DNA from: the human T2T-CHM13v2.0 reference genome, Homo sapiens
Length of the DNA: 64,000 nt
Assembly (NCBI RefSeq): GCF_009914755.1
Contig: NC_060926.1
Reading direction: 5' to 3' (one strand)
Below, in pieces: positions 25,586 to 40,300 of the stretch; positions within the stretch are counted from its first letter, which is position 1; every line of letters starts with the position of its first letter. The notes under the pieces were generated by a model. That model did not search any database. It was not told the DNA's origin and saw nothing but the letters and a program-made list of their open reading frames with translations. Made by a program: the position numbers and the translations under genes.

Positions 25586-25930
25586 TAGGGATCAACAGAT
25601 AAAAGGAGGAAGGCAGGATAAAAGTTGGGGACAGAACCTCAAGCAAAATACCCAGGACCAAGATGGATAAGTCCACAAAGGACAACCTTGTAGATCAGAG
25701 CAAAAACATGGAATAGCTAGGGGAGAGTTTGCGGAAAAGATTCTAGTCATTAATGGTAAACGCTGAAGAAAGGTCAAAGAAGACATGCACTGCAAAAAGT
25801 TGCTGGATATTAAAAAATATGATATTTTGATTTAAAACATTATGATATTTTGATTAAATTTACTAACACTGTTTCATAAAGTCTGAGTCTTTGGGAAGAG
25901 TGATGTTGAAGTCTGACTCCAGGGAGTAGG
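25060..25930 (-). mobile_element. L2 fragment containing a (GATA)n(GACA)n tetranucleotide repeat
   Basis: atgattccaaattttctgctttg...gttgagttttg...gttgaagtcatgggagtg. Confidence 0.7.
25478..25588. repeat. Compound (GATT)(GATG)(GATA)(GACA) microsatellite
   Basis: Directly visible. Confidence 0.95.
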
Positions 25931-28682
25931 TGGAGCCATGCGAGGTGTAGACTGTGTGTTTGTTTGCTTTCTGGTTTTTCTGAGATGCTTGGTTGCTAAG
26001 GAAGCTGCAGGGAAATGAGAATATTGGGAGAATATCTTTTATTGTGAAGTCAGACTTCAGAGGAAAAGAATCTCAATGGATGAAGTAGGTGGTGAGAGTT
26101 GAAAAAACAGACAGACCCCTTAGAGTCTACAGAGGAGAAATAAAAAGGAGAAACTGGGAAGCCATTGGAGCATTAGAAGTGGTCCCAGGAGCTCAGCAAT
26201 AAAGTCTCAAGAAATTCCCAATAATTCTTCAACATAAAAAGAAGAAAACACTGTAAAGATTACAAGAAATATGTAAAAATAATACATAAGTTTTATCTTA
26301 ATACTTAATACTATATAAAAATTTCAACTTATTATAAAATACCAGTGATAACTTCCCTTTGAAAAATGCCAAATATAAAACTACACTGAATTTTCAGGGA
26401 ACTGTAGTGGCCTAAATTTCATTGCTTGTGTGTCTGTGGCCTTCTATTAATATATGACCTGAAAGCAACTTACTTGGATCCTATGAGACTAGCCTTGTAC
26501 AGAAACCTCTTTACTGAACATTTTTTAATATTATACCCTCCTCATTTTGTCAAGAGCCAATTAAAAAAACATACAAACTTACGTTAGCATAATCTGTAAA
26601 AATCATCCTTGAATAGAGCATACACCATGTCCTTACAAAAAAAATTACATTCTAATACTTATTTCTAACAGAAGTGTTTCTCTGTCTAAAGACATTGTGT
26701 CTCATTTCATCAGACAATTAAAATAGTGTAACTCGTCTTGTTCTTTTTGTTGTAATTCCAAGTAGCTCACCATTAATTTGTGCCTGACATATCATTTCTC
26801 CTTCTTACAGTTTTTGCCTATTTCAATAGTCTTATTTTAAAATTATCTTTCATTGTGAACTCTTTCAAACACCTCAGAAGTATAGACAATAAACATAATA
26901 TGTACATAAAGACATTAAGGTTAGATGTAGTGTTAAATTTGAGTCAGAAACAGGATGGCCTATCCCCAGTCCAGAAGACTTGGATAAAGCACCATTTGAA
27001 GAAGCTTGTTAGGTTATTTAGATACAAAGTGTGGAACTGCAACAGAAATGAATACCAGTCTATTATCAACAGGGTAAGATAGAGTCACCAAAATATTAGA
27101 TTTATATTTTGGAATGCTTTTTCCCGGTTCTTAGGAATTCCCAACAGATGTGAATGCGATGAATATACACATTCACTCCTCAGTGACTGAAGAACCTACA
27201 GAAATCCATACAGGTCTTTTATCTACAGAAAGAAAGTAAAATAAAGGAAAATTAAAAACTGCTCCAATACAATGTGAATTCAGATATGGATAGAGACCTC
27301 AGTTCATGACAATTTCTTCTTCAGGGCAATAGTGTAACGTCCATTTTCCTTACATATGTCCAGAGATTTCAGAGAAAGGACATGTCTCCTACTGTTTTAA
27401 AAATAATTTCAAGGACTTTAGATGGTAGAGAGAGAGAAACTAATTGTATAAAGATAAAGCCTCTAGAGAGTTTTTGTTGATATTGCCTTCATGGAAGAGA
27501 AGTTTAAGACACAGTGATTATTAAAACAGGAAAACTCATCCATGCGCTCATTAAAGTAGATAACAAAATGATTTTGCTTAGAGCAACAAATGTGAAATTT
27601 CTTAATTTTCTTCCTAAACCATGTGACTCTTTAGCAGCTTAGATAAAAGAAGCAGTTAGAACAGATGAGCATTGGATCTCCCGTTAATGCAAAATAAATT
27701 GAATTCTAGAGAATCTTGGTTCTTTCAAGTTGGCTGAGGGTGCCACAGTTCAATACAAAAACCATTATGCTTACTTACCATGCTACAAAGTCCTCCAAAT
27801 CACTTATAAGGGTGAGTCTGAACGAATGGCCCCAAGCTTGCCTGCTTCATTCCCAATAACTCCAAGCCTTTCTCAGGCATGATTAAATTTTCCTGGCAGT
27901 CATATGCAGCATGCTTCTCCTCTCTCCTGTCTTTTCAAATCTTATAGTTGCCTTTTCTTGCTGACTACCTTTCTTCCCTTTTTTCTTTATCAGCAACACC
28001 CTTCATTCTGGTCATCAACATTCACATTCCCACCATGCTTGGCACACACCCTGGGGCTGAGATACCCTACAACCAATAGTGGGTCTATTGGGGAAGACTT
28101 AGCAATAAATCACAGTGGCCCCCCAGTGCATCCCTCTAACTTCTCCTTACTTCATACCTGGCAAACTCTCCATCAGAATGATTTGAGATTTTATTCTATC
28201 CTGAGCACTCATAACTATGTAACTGTAGGACAGGCTCTCTGTGCCAGTGCCAGGATAGTGGACGTGCCTGGGATGCTTTCATTTCCATTTACTCAAGCTA
28301 AGCAACTAGAGTGATACCAAAAGCAAGCCAAATACAAGATGGCCCAAAAAACATCTAACTTTAGTTTTGGAGATTGTAATACAGTTTCTTTTATCATCAA
28401 CCAAAATATCATTATTTAAAAATATGAATTAAACTTATTTTATAGTCCTTAAGGGGATGTCAAATGGGATAGCACCACTGATTAGAAGATAGTCCACTTT
28501 GGATATTGGCCATCAAAGATCTTCGAAATATGATAGACCTGGTATGCCAGATGATCCGGACTAACCTGGCACTACTGTTCCTACTTATGGCTGGGAATTT
28601 TGTTTCCCTGAACCCCTCTTCTTTGTGGTTTGGATTAAAGCTGGTCAATGAGATTAACTCACATGAGACTTAAGAGTGATCA

Positions 28683-28979
<297 letters not shown>

Positions 28980-29085
28980 GAGTGATACATTGCCCTGGTT
29001 TGCTCAGGATGGAAGTGTTGCCTGACATACAGGAATTTCAGTGCTAAAATGGAAAGTTTTGATCAACTCAGGATGGATTTGCTAG
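28980..29085. mobile_element. MER81-like hAT-Blackjack MITE
   Basis: ccctggtttgctcagga...ttcagtgctaaaatggaaag. Confidence 0.6.
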
Positions 29086-29139
29086 ATTTGGGAAATGGAA
29101 GTGATGTCACTTATTCTTCTTGGAAGGTCATGAGGATCA

Positions 29140-29610
29140 GACAGAGTGATGAAGAGGAACAGGGGTGTCCAGCAGCCCCTCTAGTCCCCACTGCCCTCCT
29201 GCACTGACTCCAGGTTGTCTACCCAACCCCTGGCCTTGCTAACCAATAGGAGCCACAAGCCCAACACCAGATGCTTGGCTGCAAACTCTCAGAGGCAGCA
29301 TTCCCATGGACGCAGGCATAGCCATAGAGTCAGCAGTTTCCACAGTGCTACACTGTAGACTGCACATGCTTTACTTTTGTGGACATCCACAGGCAGAAGT
29401 GTATGGCATTTGATGTATTCTTGCAATCTCTGCCTTGCCCAACTGCACCAGCACTTTAGACAGTATTAGTTACAAATTGGCCCTCTGACCCTCAACTTCT
29501 CTTCCCTCCCTTCCTAGCCCCACTACTTTTGTCTAAGCTTTAACTCCTGTATTAAATCCCTACAGTTGTTGGTGGTGGCTCAGTTTTCCTGGCACCTCTG
29601 ACTGACACAC
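29140..29610 (+). mobile_element. ERVL-type LTR (LTR16/MLT2-like)
   Basis: 3' end tgtattaaatccc...gttttcctgg...ctgactgacaca. Confidence 0.5.
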
Positions 29611-29759
29611 ATTTGTACTGAGTAATCATGATATGCTACCAAAGACCAGTACTGAGGAATCAGAAGCATATGCCAGGAGCCTAATGGACACACTCGGCAA
29701 AAGAAACCAGGGACTCAACTGAAATGCTCTTTTTTCCTCAAAGAAGTTAATCGCATTAT

Positions 29760-30030
29760 CCTCTTTTCCCACCTCTCCCCCAATCTTTAGTTTTTCTTTT
29801 CTATAAACACTCATTCCTTTTCTTTTTAGCATCTGTTGCAAGTTTTGATTTTATATTGATGTGTGTGATTATTAGCTGAATGCCTGCTCTTCCTTGCCAT
29901 CCTACTGAAAGTTGGAATCACCTTTATGCTGTTCAACATCACAAGCACTGTCTACTTAGAGACTACAGGATGCCTGGCATGCAGTAGGTGCACAATAAAG
30001 CACAATGAATATGTTTGAGTGAGTAAATGT
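29760..30030 (+). mobile_element. L2 3' end
   Basis: tgcctggcatgcagtaggtgcacaataaa...tgtttgagtgagtaaatg. Confidence 0.7.
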
Positions 30031-31859
30031 GAGGAAATGGGGTCTGGAACCTACAATCCTCTTAAAGGAACACACATTTGCAGATTTGCTTTTCCAAGTA
30101 TTAACCACAATGCTCCTCTTTAAAGAAGAAAATAACAATGTATCCTGCTCTAAACATTGAGAGCCTTTTTGCATTCCATCAGTAACATAACCCATGACCA
30201 GGTAAATACTTGTCTTCTTTATTTCCCCCAACAAAGAGAATCAATTACAAACTTCTCTGTTAATCCCCTAAGTACAATGTGAAGTCCATTAAAGACTCAA
30301 AAGCTAGTAACCGTGGGATAGAGAATAATGTTTATACTATTAAATGAATAATGGCTCCACATTGTCTCAAAGAGGAGAATTTTCCTGGGTTGCATTTGGT
30401 TTGCTAGTTGGTTTTAAATCATTTAATGGGTCAGGAAGATGCTATGCTTGGTATGAATACTAATGTTCCAACAAGACTACTGAGGAGCAGCATGCTTCAG
30501 GAAAAGTTAGTAAGAATTTCTCTCTGTCGCTCTGGGATTGTGCTTTCCATGAAGTTTTGGAAGTCATCGTAAAACTGTACTGTTAATGTGTGCAAAGTGA
30601 ATTCAAAGGGCTGTTGGTTTCCAAGTGAATTGGGTGTTGGGTAAAGGAGGCAGCCTAGCCAAAACTTCTCTCTGCTCTAGGTTGGAAAGGGCAAGTCTTG
30701 AGTCCAAGCCTTTTCTAAGACAAGTTTCTATTTCACTTTCAGAACCAGTCCATTTCAGAGATCATTCATGTATTTTTAGGACTAAAGTTGATAATTACCT
30801 TCAGAGTGTTAGCCAGAATCAGAGTATTCTCACTATGTGCAGGGACCTGTACATCCACCTTGTCTCCCAGACATCTTCTCTTTCATCATCTGAAGTTCTG
30901 GAAAAGGCAGGTGGAACTTAGAATGATGACAGAGATTCTACAAGAGTTTCAATGAGCAAATCAAACTCAGTAGCTACCAAACTTTCTTTCCCGAGGCAGA
31001 GAAGTTGACAAATAGTACGTTTTCCCCCAGAAAGTTACTCACACCTCATGGCGAGTGGGCCTATGAATGGAGTGGTCGAGGAAAGCTGACCCACTAAGAG
31101 GCCATGTAAACCCCACATTCATTTCACAGATGAGAAAATGAAGTCACAAGCCAAGAAAAGACCGGCTACCAAATTTTCTAAAAAGTAAAAATAATGCAGT
31201 GCCTCCTGTTGTTATCTTTACTTCTACTGGCAAAAGGAAAGCTGCTTAGAGTGAGCCACAAGTGACATGGTGATACGGAGGCACTGAAGACACAAACAGC
31301 GCAGTGGGAGGTGACTGGGCAGGGTTTAGTTTGTTTGTTTTATGGCTACAGGCACCTGGGCACTCTTCCTAGACTGTGTCAGTCCTGGTCACATCTGCCT
31401 CACATAGCAGCAACCAGGATGGGGCCAGATACTCTCCCTGGGCCTACTCCCAGCACCTTAGGTTCAGACCCATTACCTTACTTCAGCCAATGAGATGCTC
31501 CTGCCTGGGATTTTGGATATTAAAGGGGTAAGGGGAAAAATGCAGGGACATGTAAGAAATCCAGTAGGAAAGCAGAGTGGTGCCAGGACTGTGAGCCTAC
31601 TGGGAAGAATCCAAGGTCCAATGGTAGCGGCACTGAGTTGCCAGGTCAGCCTCCTAGCCAGACCATCCCAAGGCATGGCTTGTTTCAAACTGGGATACGC
31701 TTCAGTCCACCCTTCCAAATGCCTCACCATTCTCAGTTCCTGCTCTTTTCCCAAACCTGGCTTTCCAGTATTCTTGGGATTCAGAGATAATAAATCCCTC
31801 TTGTGTTTGATTTTGCCAGAGCGAATGTGTGACTTCACAGTCTGGCAGTGGCAGTTATG

Positions 31860-32030
31860 GTGAGACAGAAAAATATGATTCTAGGCAAGATAAATGGAGT
31901 CTAGTGCTTGCTTAACTGCTCAACGGCTATGTGGCCTTGGGCAAGTCAGTCCCCTCCACTGGAACTCAACTTCCTTATTCTAACATAAAAGCACACTGGA
32001 ATAGATGGTTCCTATCACTATTACAGTATT
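31860..32030 (+). mobile_element. MIR
   Basis: gctatgtggccttgggcaagtca...ctcaacttccttattctaa core. Confidence 0.65.
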
Positions 32031-32104
32031 ATTGCCAACTTATATTTAGCACAATGTTATTGATGGCCAAAATAATGTCCCTTCAAATCTTAATACCTCC
32101 AAGG

Positions 32105-32600
32105 AATTAATTCAATTTAACAAATTTATCGATCACAGATTTTGTGCTAGGCACCAGGCTACAGGCTAGAGATAGAGCAACAAATCAGTCAGTCATGGTT
32201 TCTGCCCTCTTGGGGCTTAAAAGGAAGACACAGCAATTGCCAGTCAATTATTGGGAAGTAGAGTAAGAATTATGTTATAACAAGGACAGGATGTCCTCAG
32301 ACAGTACTGAATGGGGCCCTAACAAAGACTTTGGAAAACAGAAGGTTTTTCCCAGAAATTGTGACTTCTAAACTTTCTGGAAAGAAAGAATGAGTTAGAG
32401 ATGCTGAAGGGTGCATTAGACAGAGGAGACAAATTCTTCCAAAATCAAGGGACAGCATACATCAAAGGCCAGAGGGAACTGAGAAAAGGTCAACATTGCT
32501 GGAATGAAGAGGTGATTATGTCAAAGAGATATACAAGTGCCAGGTCAGACTGCACCAGGCAGACAAGATTTGGGTTTTATCCTACAAATAAGAAAAACAC
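32105..32600 (-). mobile_element. L2 fragment
   Basis: attcaatttaacaaatttatcga...tgtgctaggcacc. Confidence 0.65.
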
Positions 32601-33289
32601 ATTAAAGATTCAATATTCATTCATTCATTCATTTTATCAAGGCAAAAATGTAAACAAATGTGTTTTAGAGAGATTTTTCAGCAGCAACACTTGAGTGAAA
32701 ACATATTTTCAGAGTTAACCAGAAAAATTTAATTAAATGCCCCATTCCTTGAGCCTATGACTTCCTGAAGTTTCTCTAAGAATCCAGGTTGAATGTGGTC
32801 CCGGGGCAGCACACATCTGGCCCTCAGTGCTTAGCTTCTCCGTGGACCAGAAGCTACCTTTCTACTCACCTAACTCACACTTGTGTTATTTGATGCAGAT
32901 CCTTAAAAATGGCTCATGGATTACAGAGGCATGAAACTGGTATGGAAACCCATAGAAACAAATGAATTTTAACACATGATCCCCTCACTCCCCTATGGCC
33001 TCTTTTATTTCCAGAGTGCATGCTTCTTAACAAACATCCATTCACCCTGTGGTCCTCAGAGAAGGTGGCAAAGAAGAGGCAGTTTTGATGAGTTAATTTT
33101 GCCCATTTGCCCCACAATATTCTCTCTGGAGGGATGTGGAAACCCTAAATCATCTTGAAGAGTGCATGAACTTTATTTTCTTAATCAAGCCCCATGTTAT
33201 TAAGTTTTCTCATTATTCACTGAGTTTTTTCCATTGGCCAAGTCTGTGCCAATCCCTCAAAACATCTGAAACTCAGAACCACACGTGAA

Positions 33290-33905
33290 TGATCTGATCT
33301 TTGCCTAGCACCATAGCACAGCCACCTCCCTTGCCCTGGAATGCCCTTTTAGCAACATAGCTGGTTTCCCCTGGCATTTTTGACATTCACATCGCACTGT
33401 GGACTCCCACTGAGCCTGCTGTCAATGAAATCTCTAAGGCTTTTCCCCATGTATTGCAGTTTAGCCATTTCTCCCCCATCTCATGTACAATTTGACTTTT
33501 GAACCCAAGTGCAGGACCCTCCATTTACCCCTATTAAGTTTCACCTTGTTAGATTCAGGCTATTGTTCCAGCCTGTCAAAATCATTTTAGATCTCAGCCC
33601 TGTCAGCTGTCTCCCTCCTTGCTTTATGCCATCTGCAAATTTGATCAGCATGCTTTCCATGTTTTCATCTAAGTCATCTATGGAAAGGTTGGGTAGCACC
33701 GAGGCAAGGACATGGCCTTCTAGGTCACTGGAGATTGCTCTCCAGGTTGCCAGTTATCCATCAATCAACAGTCACTGAGTACTGTCTTTCATCCAGGTTC
33801 CAGTACACTGAGTTACATTATCATCCAGCCACATTTCTCCATTGAGTCCATATCAATATCAGGGGTATTCTGTCAAACATTTTGCTGATATTCAAATACA
33901 GTATA
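33290..33905 (-). mobile_element. L3/CR1 LINE reverse-transcriptase fossil
   Basis: Minus strand ~33717-33612 translates GHVLASVLPNLSIDDLDENMESMLIKFADGIKQGG (cf. CR1 RT GSVLGPVLFNIFINDLDEG...KFADDTKLGG). Confidence 0.85.
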
Positions 33906-34274
33906 CTAGAGTATCTCTTTATTTAATGCTATAGGGAGACTCTGGGTGAAGAAAATCTAAGTGCAGCCTGCACACATTGATAAATATGGTTTGTGTAGAG
34001 CAGGATTTATACAAAAGTGGAGTGACAGATATAGCTCTGTCATCATTTAAGGCATGTGAGCTCCTTAGAGCCAGAAATGTTTGGTGGTTTTGTTCACAGC
34101 TACTTTTCCAGCACTCCAAACAGTGCTTCATTACAGTAGACACTCAAGTATTTATTAAATGACTTAATGAATGAATATAGTTCAAGATTAGCTGGAAGCT
34201 AACCAGTTCATAAAGCAAAATATTTGTGTATTTCTAAATGGAGGAATGATAAAATAGGATGCTGCCACTTACAC

Positions 34275-34499
34275 CAAGGGTTGGCAAACTACAGCCTAAG
34301 GACCAAATCAGGACTAATGCCTGATTTTGTAAATAAAGCTTTATTGGAATACAACCATGTTCACTTGCTTACATATTATCTGTGGCTGTTCTCACGCTAT
34401 CATGTCACAGTTGATTATCTGTGACAGAGGCTGTGTGGTCCACAAAGCTGGAAATATTTACTATCTGGCTTTTCTATAGAAGAAGCTTGCCAACCTCTG
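34275..34499 (+). mobile_element. MER58A hAT MITE
   Basis: caagggttggcaaactacagcc...ttgtaaataaagctttattggaa...gcttgccaacctctg with terminal inverted repeats. Confidence 0.88.
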
Positions 34500-34719
34500 A
34501 ACTAGGAAATTAAGTTCAAATTAAGACTTTCCATGAACTAATATGTTTGTAATTTTCTTACTGATCAACATTTTTTTAAAAATTCTCAAATGTATCACGC
34601 CTTTTATTTTCTCTATGCCTTTTCTCTCTGTTGGATACAACCAGTGTCCTGTCTCCACTCCAGGTCTTTTCAACATTGCAAACATACACACCTAAGAACT
34701 ATACGCAAAATAAACATAG

Positions 34720-34930
34720 TTATGTAGCAAACCATTGCTGAATGTCTGCTATAGGTTGAACATAATATTATGCACTTTTTATCTTATGTCTTCACTATAG
34801 GCTTTCAAAGTAGATATTATTGTCCCATTTTTTTTTTCTATTGAGGAAACAGGAATTAAGCAACTTATCCAATAGTTCACAGAAAACAAAGGCTTTGACT
34901 GAGGTTTGAGCTAAGATTTGTCAGATCTGC
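34720..34930 (-). mobile_element. MIR
   Basis: gtagatattattgtcccattt...gaggaaacagg. Confidence 0.6.
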
Positions 34931-36939
34931 TTGTAATTTGGTTTGGTTTTACTCATTGCATGTTCAGAAATAAGCCAGTTTACAAAGGGGGAAATGGGAC
35001 ATGTCCAATTTCATAGAAATCTTGATTTGAGGTTTAAAATATAATCAAATCATTTTTAAAATCTTCTATCGATGTTTAAATCAGCCAAAGGCAATTTTAT
35101 TGTGAAAAGCCGTTAACTGGCATGACTTTAAACAATAAGATCAATTCAGAAACTGTTCATTCAGTTAAAAATCTGAGACGGTCATATTAATGCAATTGTA
35201 TTTGAACTAGCCTAAGTATAATTTCATTCATATCTAGCCCTAAATCATACTGCGCTCTTTACCCGGGCAGCTCCCATTCCATCTGCCAATGCACAGATGG
35301 GCTGGTCTGTGCATACGGGCTTTTCTTTACATGCTAGATGTAATAGCAACGATGATGAACCTGGTGTGTCTATCAAGAGCCTAGCTTGTAGCCCAGTTCT
35401 TCCTCACATCCTCCTTGGGCAGCAGGTAAGTGACTGGCATTATCTAATCACAGTTTCTATTTACGTCCCCCCACTTCAAATCACTTCTCTAGCTCAGGCT
35501 GGTTCTTTCCCTCCACTAATAACTAGATTTCAGCTGTCCCTTAAGATCGTATTTCATCAGCCACTGGCACATCTCTTCTGCTGCTAATGCCACACTGATC
35601 TGCTTTTGCAAGGTTCCAGACCTTCTTTTATCACCTTAGGGGCTACCTCCTGGCCAGGCTTTGCTCTTCTTCCCCGACCCTTCCATATGCCCCTCTCCCC
35701 CACAAGCTCCAGCATCAACCCCCTGGCCAGATTTAATTTCTTATCCATGTCTATTCAAGCAGACACGAAAACAAAAATAGAATTTCCCTGGAAAGAGCTT
35801 CATTTCCCATGGCCAAACTTAGCATAGCTTTCACCATCAGGACACATCTTCCAGGGTTCTGCTGAGTCCCTTGAGGGGCCCTAGGGAAACAGTGAGACAG
35901 ATGTAAGGAAAGGAAAAAAAGCATCTTATGTGAAAGCACGTCCAGTATCTTCTGGGTATTATGTTAAATAAACACCACAGGGTAATTCAGTATTTATAGA
36001 AGGAAAAAAAAACAGCCTTAATGATGATAGGGCATCAGAGAAATTTAATTACTCCCTCAGGTCTCTTTTGTGCAAGACAGTGTTCACATGACAACCTGGG
36101 TGGCTTCTTGTTTGTGGTATTGCTTCTCTCTTCCCAAGAAGGTGCTAAAAGAAACTAGTTGTGGGTGGAGGAAGGTGCTCTTCATAAAGAGACCCCAACC
36201 CCCATCCACACCAGCTCTCCTGGGATAAGAAGTAAAATGCCTCAAGTTCTTGTGCTTAGCCAGCAGGTACTAGGGAGCACTGCCCAGGAGGCCAGGTGCT
36301 ATGGGACACTGATGACAGGACAGACCCTGCGGAGTTCTAGAGTTCCCCAGGAAATAATAGTGAGGGCTTCTGTAAAGGAGAAATCCACAACTGGAACCTC
36401 CCCTTGTCCAACATGGCAATGTTGTTTGATGGGGACTATAAAAATGGTTAACGTTGGCAGATTTTTTTTCTCTCCCTAACAGGAAAACCCCAGAAGTGCA
36501 TTGCAGATGCTCAGAAACCCTTGGGAGTCCACAGACAGGATTGCATGTGACACTACAATCTGGACAGGGCCTGCTTGAGTCAGAGCTCCAATAAACATAG
36601 GTAGGCCTAATCCACCATGCATTCACCCTAAACCTCTCCTCTGGACAGAGCCCTGTGCTATTTGAGTATATTCACTATGAATATGATGTTCCCTCTTCTT
36701 CCCAAAAATACAGTGTAGTAATTAAGTTATATAGACTGCTTTTAGGTATAGTTTTCAGATGTCTCTTTCCAAAGGGAAAGTATAACATTTAATTCCACAA
36801 CTAGGTCAAGGAATAGATAGATCTCTTCTAGAAATGCTGGAATTTCTGGATAATTAGTATGCCGTTTCTTTGAGAATACATGTTCATGGAGTTAGGAAGC
36901 CAAGATTTTTATGTTAAACCAGTAACTTCATCATTGTGG

Positions 36940-37300
36940 ACCATCGTTTCTCCAATAGAAAGATAATGCAAAAGACCCTAGAAATATTTCTTGATTCTTG
37001 GTTTTCTTTGTCCAATCCCCACCACAAATCAAACCAACCACTGTGTACTATTAATCCATCATCTGTTTCTTGTGTGTTTCCTTTCTCACCACCCTTAATA
37101 TTTTGCCTTGGTAGAACAGTCCCTTAGGATGTTTCTTCTCGTTGGTGGTAATCACCCTTTATGTGGTTTCTCTCCCTCTAGTCTCCCTACCCAAGCCATA
37201 AACACCCACCACTTCAAATCCATATCACAAAGGAAAATCACGGCTGTCTTAAATGTAAATCTGATCATGGTACTCCTCTGCTTAAAGCACTTCAAAGTTC
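36940..37300 (+). mobile_element. L2 fragment
   Basis: aaatgtaaatctgatcatggtactcctctgcttaaa. Confidence 0.6.
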
Positions 37301-37490
37301 AAAGCACCTCCTCTTCCCCATTTCTCTCTGGATCCTCAGAATCTAGCCACCTTGTATATGGTCTGAACTTTCTAAAGGAGATAATATATTGACTTTTTTA
37401 AATGGACTTTCAGGAACTTTTGTTAAAATTGAACTTTTAATTTTGAGATAATTGTAGATACACTTGCAGTTATAAGAAATAATACAGAGA

Positions 37491-37809
<319 letters not shown>

Positions 37810-38351
37810 TTACCCAGATTCCACCAGCGATAACATCTTGTGAACCCGTGATACAGTATCACAACCAAGATATTAATATTGATATGTCAAAATGCAGAAG
37901 ATTTCCATCACCACAGAGATACCTTTCCTTTCCCTTTTATAGCCAAACCCACTTGCCATGGTATGAATGTACCATAATTTGTTTAATCATTTGTATGGTG
38001 AAGATTATCTTAGCTCTTCCCAGATTTTGGCTACTACAGATAAAACTGCTATGAGCATCCATGTGCAGACGTGAACATAAGTTTTAATTTCTCTGGGATG
38101 ACTGCCCAAGAGTGCAATTTCTGGGCTGTACGGTAGTCGCATGTTTTATAAGAAACTGCAAAACTGTTTCCCTGAGTGGTTTTTCCATTTTATAGTCTAC
38201 CAGCAATATGTAAGAGCCATACAGTTTCTCCATAGACTTGCCAGCATTTGTTGTGGTCATTTTTTAAAATTTTAGCTATTCTAATAGGTGTGTAGAGATA
38301 TTAATATCTCATTGTGGTTTTAATTTGTGTTTCTCTAATGGCTAATGTTGG

Positions 38352-38740
38352 TGATATGGTTAGCCTTTGTTCCACATCGAAATCTCATCTTGAATTGTAA
38401 TCGCCATAATCCCCATAATCCTCACATCTCAAGGGAGAGACCAAGTGGAGGTAATTGGATCTTGGGGGCGTTTTCCCCCCATGCTGTTCTTGTGATAGTG
38501 AGTGAGTTCTCAGGAGATCTGCTGGTTTTATAAACGCCTCTTCCCCACTTCGCTTGGCACTTCTCCTTCCTGATGCCTTGTGAAGAAAGTGTCTTGCTTC
38601 CATTTCCCCTTCCGCCATGATTGTAAGTTTCCTGAGGCCACCCAAGCCAAGCTGAACTCTTAGTCAATTAAACCTTTTTCCTTTATAGATTATCCAGTCT
38701 CGGGCAGTTCTTTATAGCAGTGTGAGAACAGGCTAATACA
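38352..38740 (+). mobile_element. THE1D-type solo LTR
   Basis: tgatatgg...ctaataca; perfect 5-bp TSD gttgg (38347-38351/38741-38745). Confidence 0.9.
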
Positions 38741-39193
38741 GTTGGTCAACATCTTTTCATGTGCTTATTTATTATCTGTATATCTATCTCTTCAATAAAA
38801 TATCTGTGCATGTCTTCTGCCCATGTTATAATTGAATTGTTTGGCTTTTTTAAACTGTTGAATTTTGAGAGTTATTTATATAGGTTAAGTAGCAGTTCTT
38901 TGTTTGATATACGGTTTGCAAATATTTTCTCCTAGTCTGTAGCTTGTCTTTTCATTCTGTTAAGAGTCATTTGCACAGCAAATTTTTTAAATTTTGATGA
39001 GGTCTAATTTGCCAATTTTTGCTTTTATAGATTGGGCTTTTGGTGCCAAACCTAAGAGATCTTTGCCTAGTCCTGGATCACAAAAATTTTCTCCTGTATT
39101 TTTGTTTGATAGCTATATGTTTTATAGTTTTATATTTTTCACTTAAGTTTATGATCCATTCTGTATTAATTTTTTATAAGGTGTGAAGCTTAG

Positions 39194-39643
<450 letters not shown>

Positions 39644-39961
39644 TAAGTGGCATCTCTCCATTTGGTCTCCTCCCTCGTGCCACATCAGTTGAGACCTCCT
39701 TTCTCTGGCCTTCATGATGTCTTGCCCCCTCCACTCTCACCCAGACCTCCAGAAGCCTTATTCATGGCCTTCAATCAAGGGCAAGTTCCTGGAGCTTTCC
39801 TTCTGCTCAGCACCTCTTCAGGAAGGAGATAAGGACATCCACGAGACAGGCTGTGACTCCTCCATAGAGACCCCTCAGGATTTCAGCAGCACTGCCCTCT
39901 CTACTGCCGGCCCAGCTGCCTTCCATTCCTTGTCCTTCCCCCATACCCCTTCAATGACCTC

Positions 39962-40300
39962 AATCCCAAAGAACTAAAAAAAATGACTCTTGCTTAGATG
40001 TGACAACTCATTTGTGGAAACAGGATTTTTAGTTTAAAATCTCTGGATTTCCCTGAACTTGGCTCCCCAATTTCACAGCACATCAGACTGTGTCCTGGCT
40101 CCTTGTTGACTACTTCATTTCATGGCTACCATACTAGAGGAATTTGTCATGCTCAGATATCTGGGTAGTGTAACCTAAATACTTATGTGCTAATGAAAGA
40201 GCCGACAGGAAACTGTGTGGGCCTCTCCTTTGCCTTCTCCATTTCTTAATGTTTCATATATGTCGTGCTGCACTCACTCTCAACATGAACAACCCTGATT
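39962..40300 (+). repeat. Copy 1 of a ~340-bp local direct duplication
   Basis: About 92% identical to 42188-42528 by manual count over the 308-bp core. Confidence 0.95.

Noticed and set aside
25143-25685. 180-aa hydrophobic ORF
   Set aside because: Reads through an L2 and the (GATA/GACA)n microsatellite (LSVC/LSIY repeats).
26583-26593. 11-nt minus-strand AG...GTAAGT microexon
   Set aside because: Not frame-preserving, short pyrimidine tract; plausible by chance.
30050-31120. Repeat-free stretch (also ~35000-35290) as a conserved enhancer
   Set aside because: Absence of recognisable repeats is the only evidence; conservation or chromatin data would be needed.
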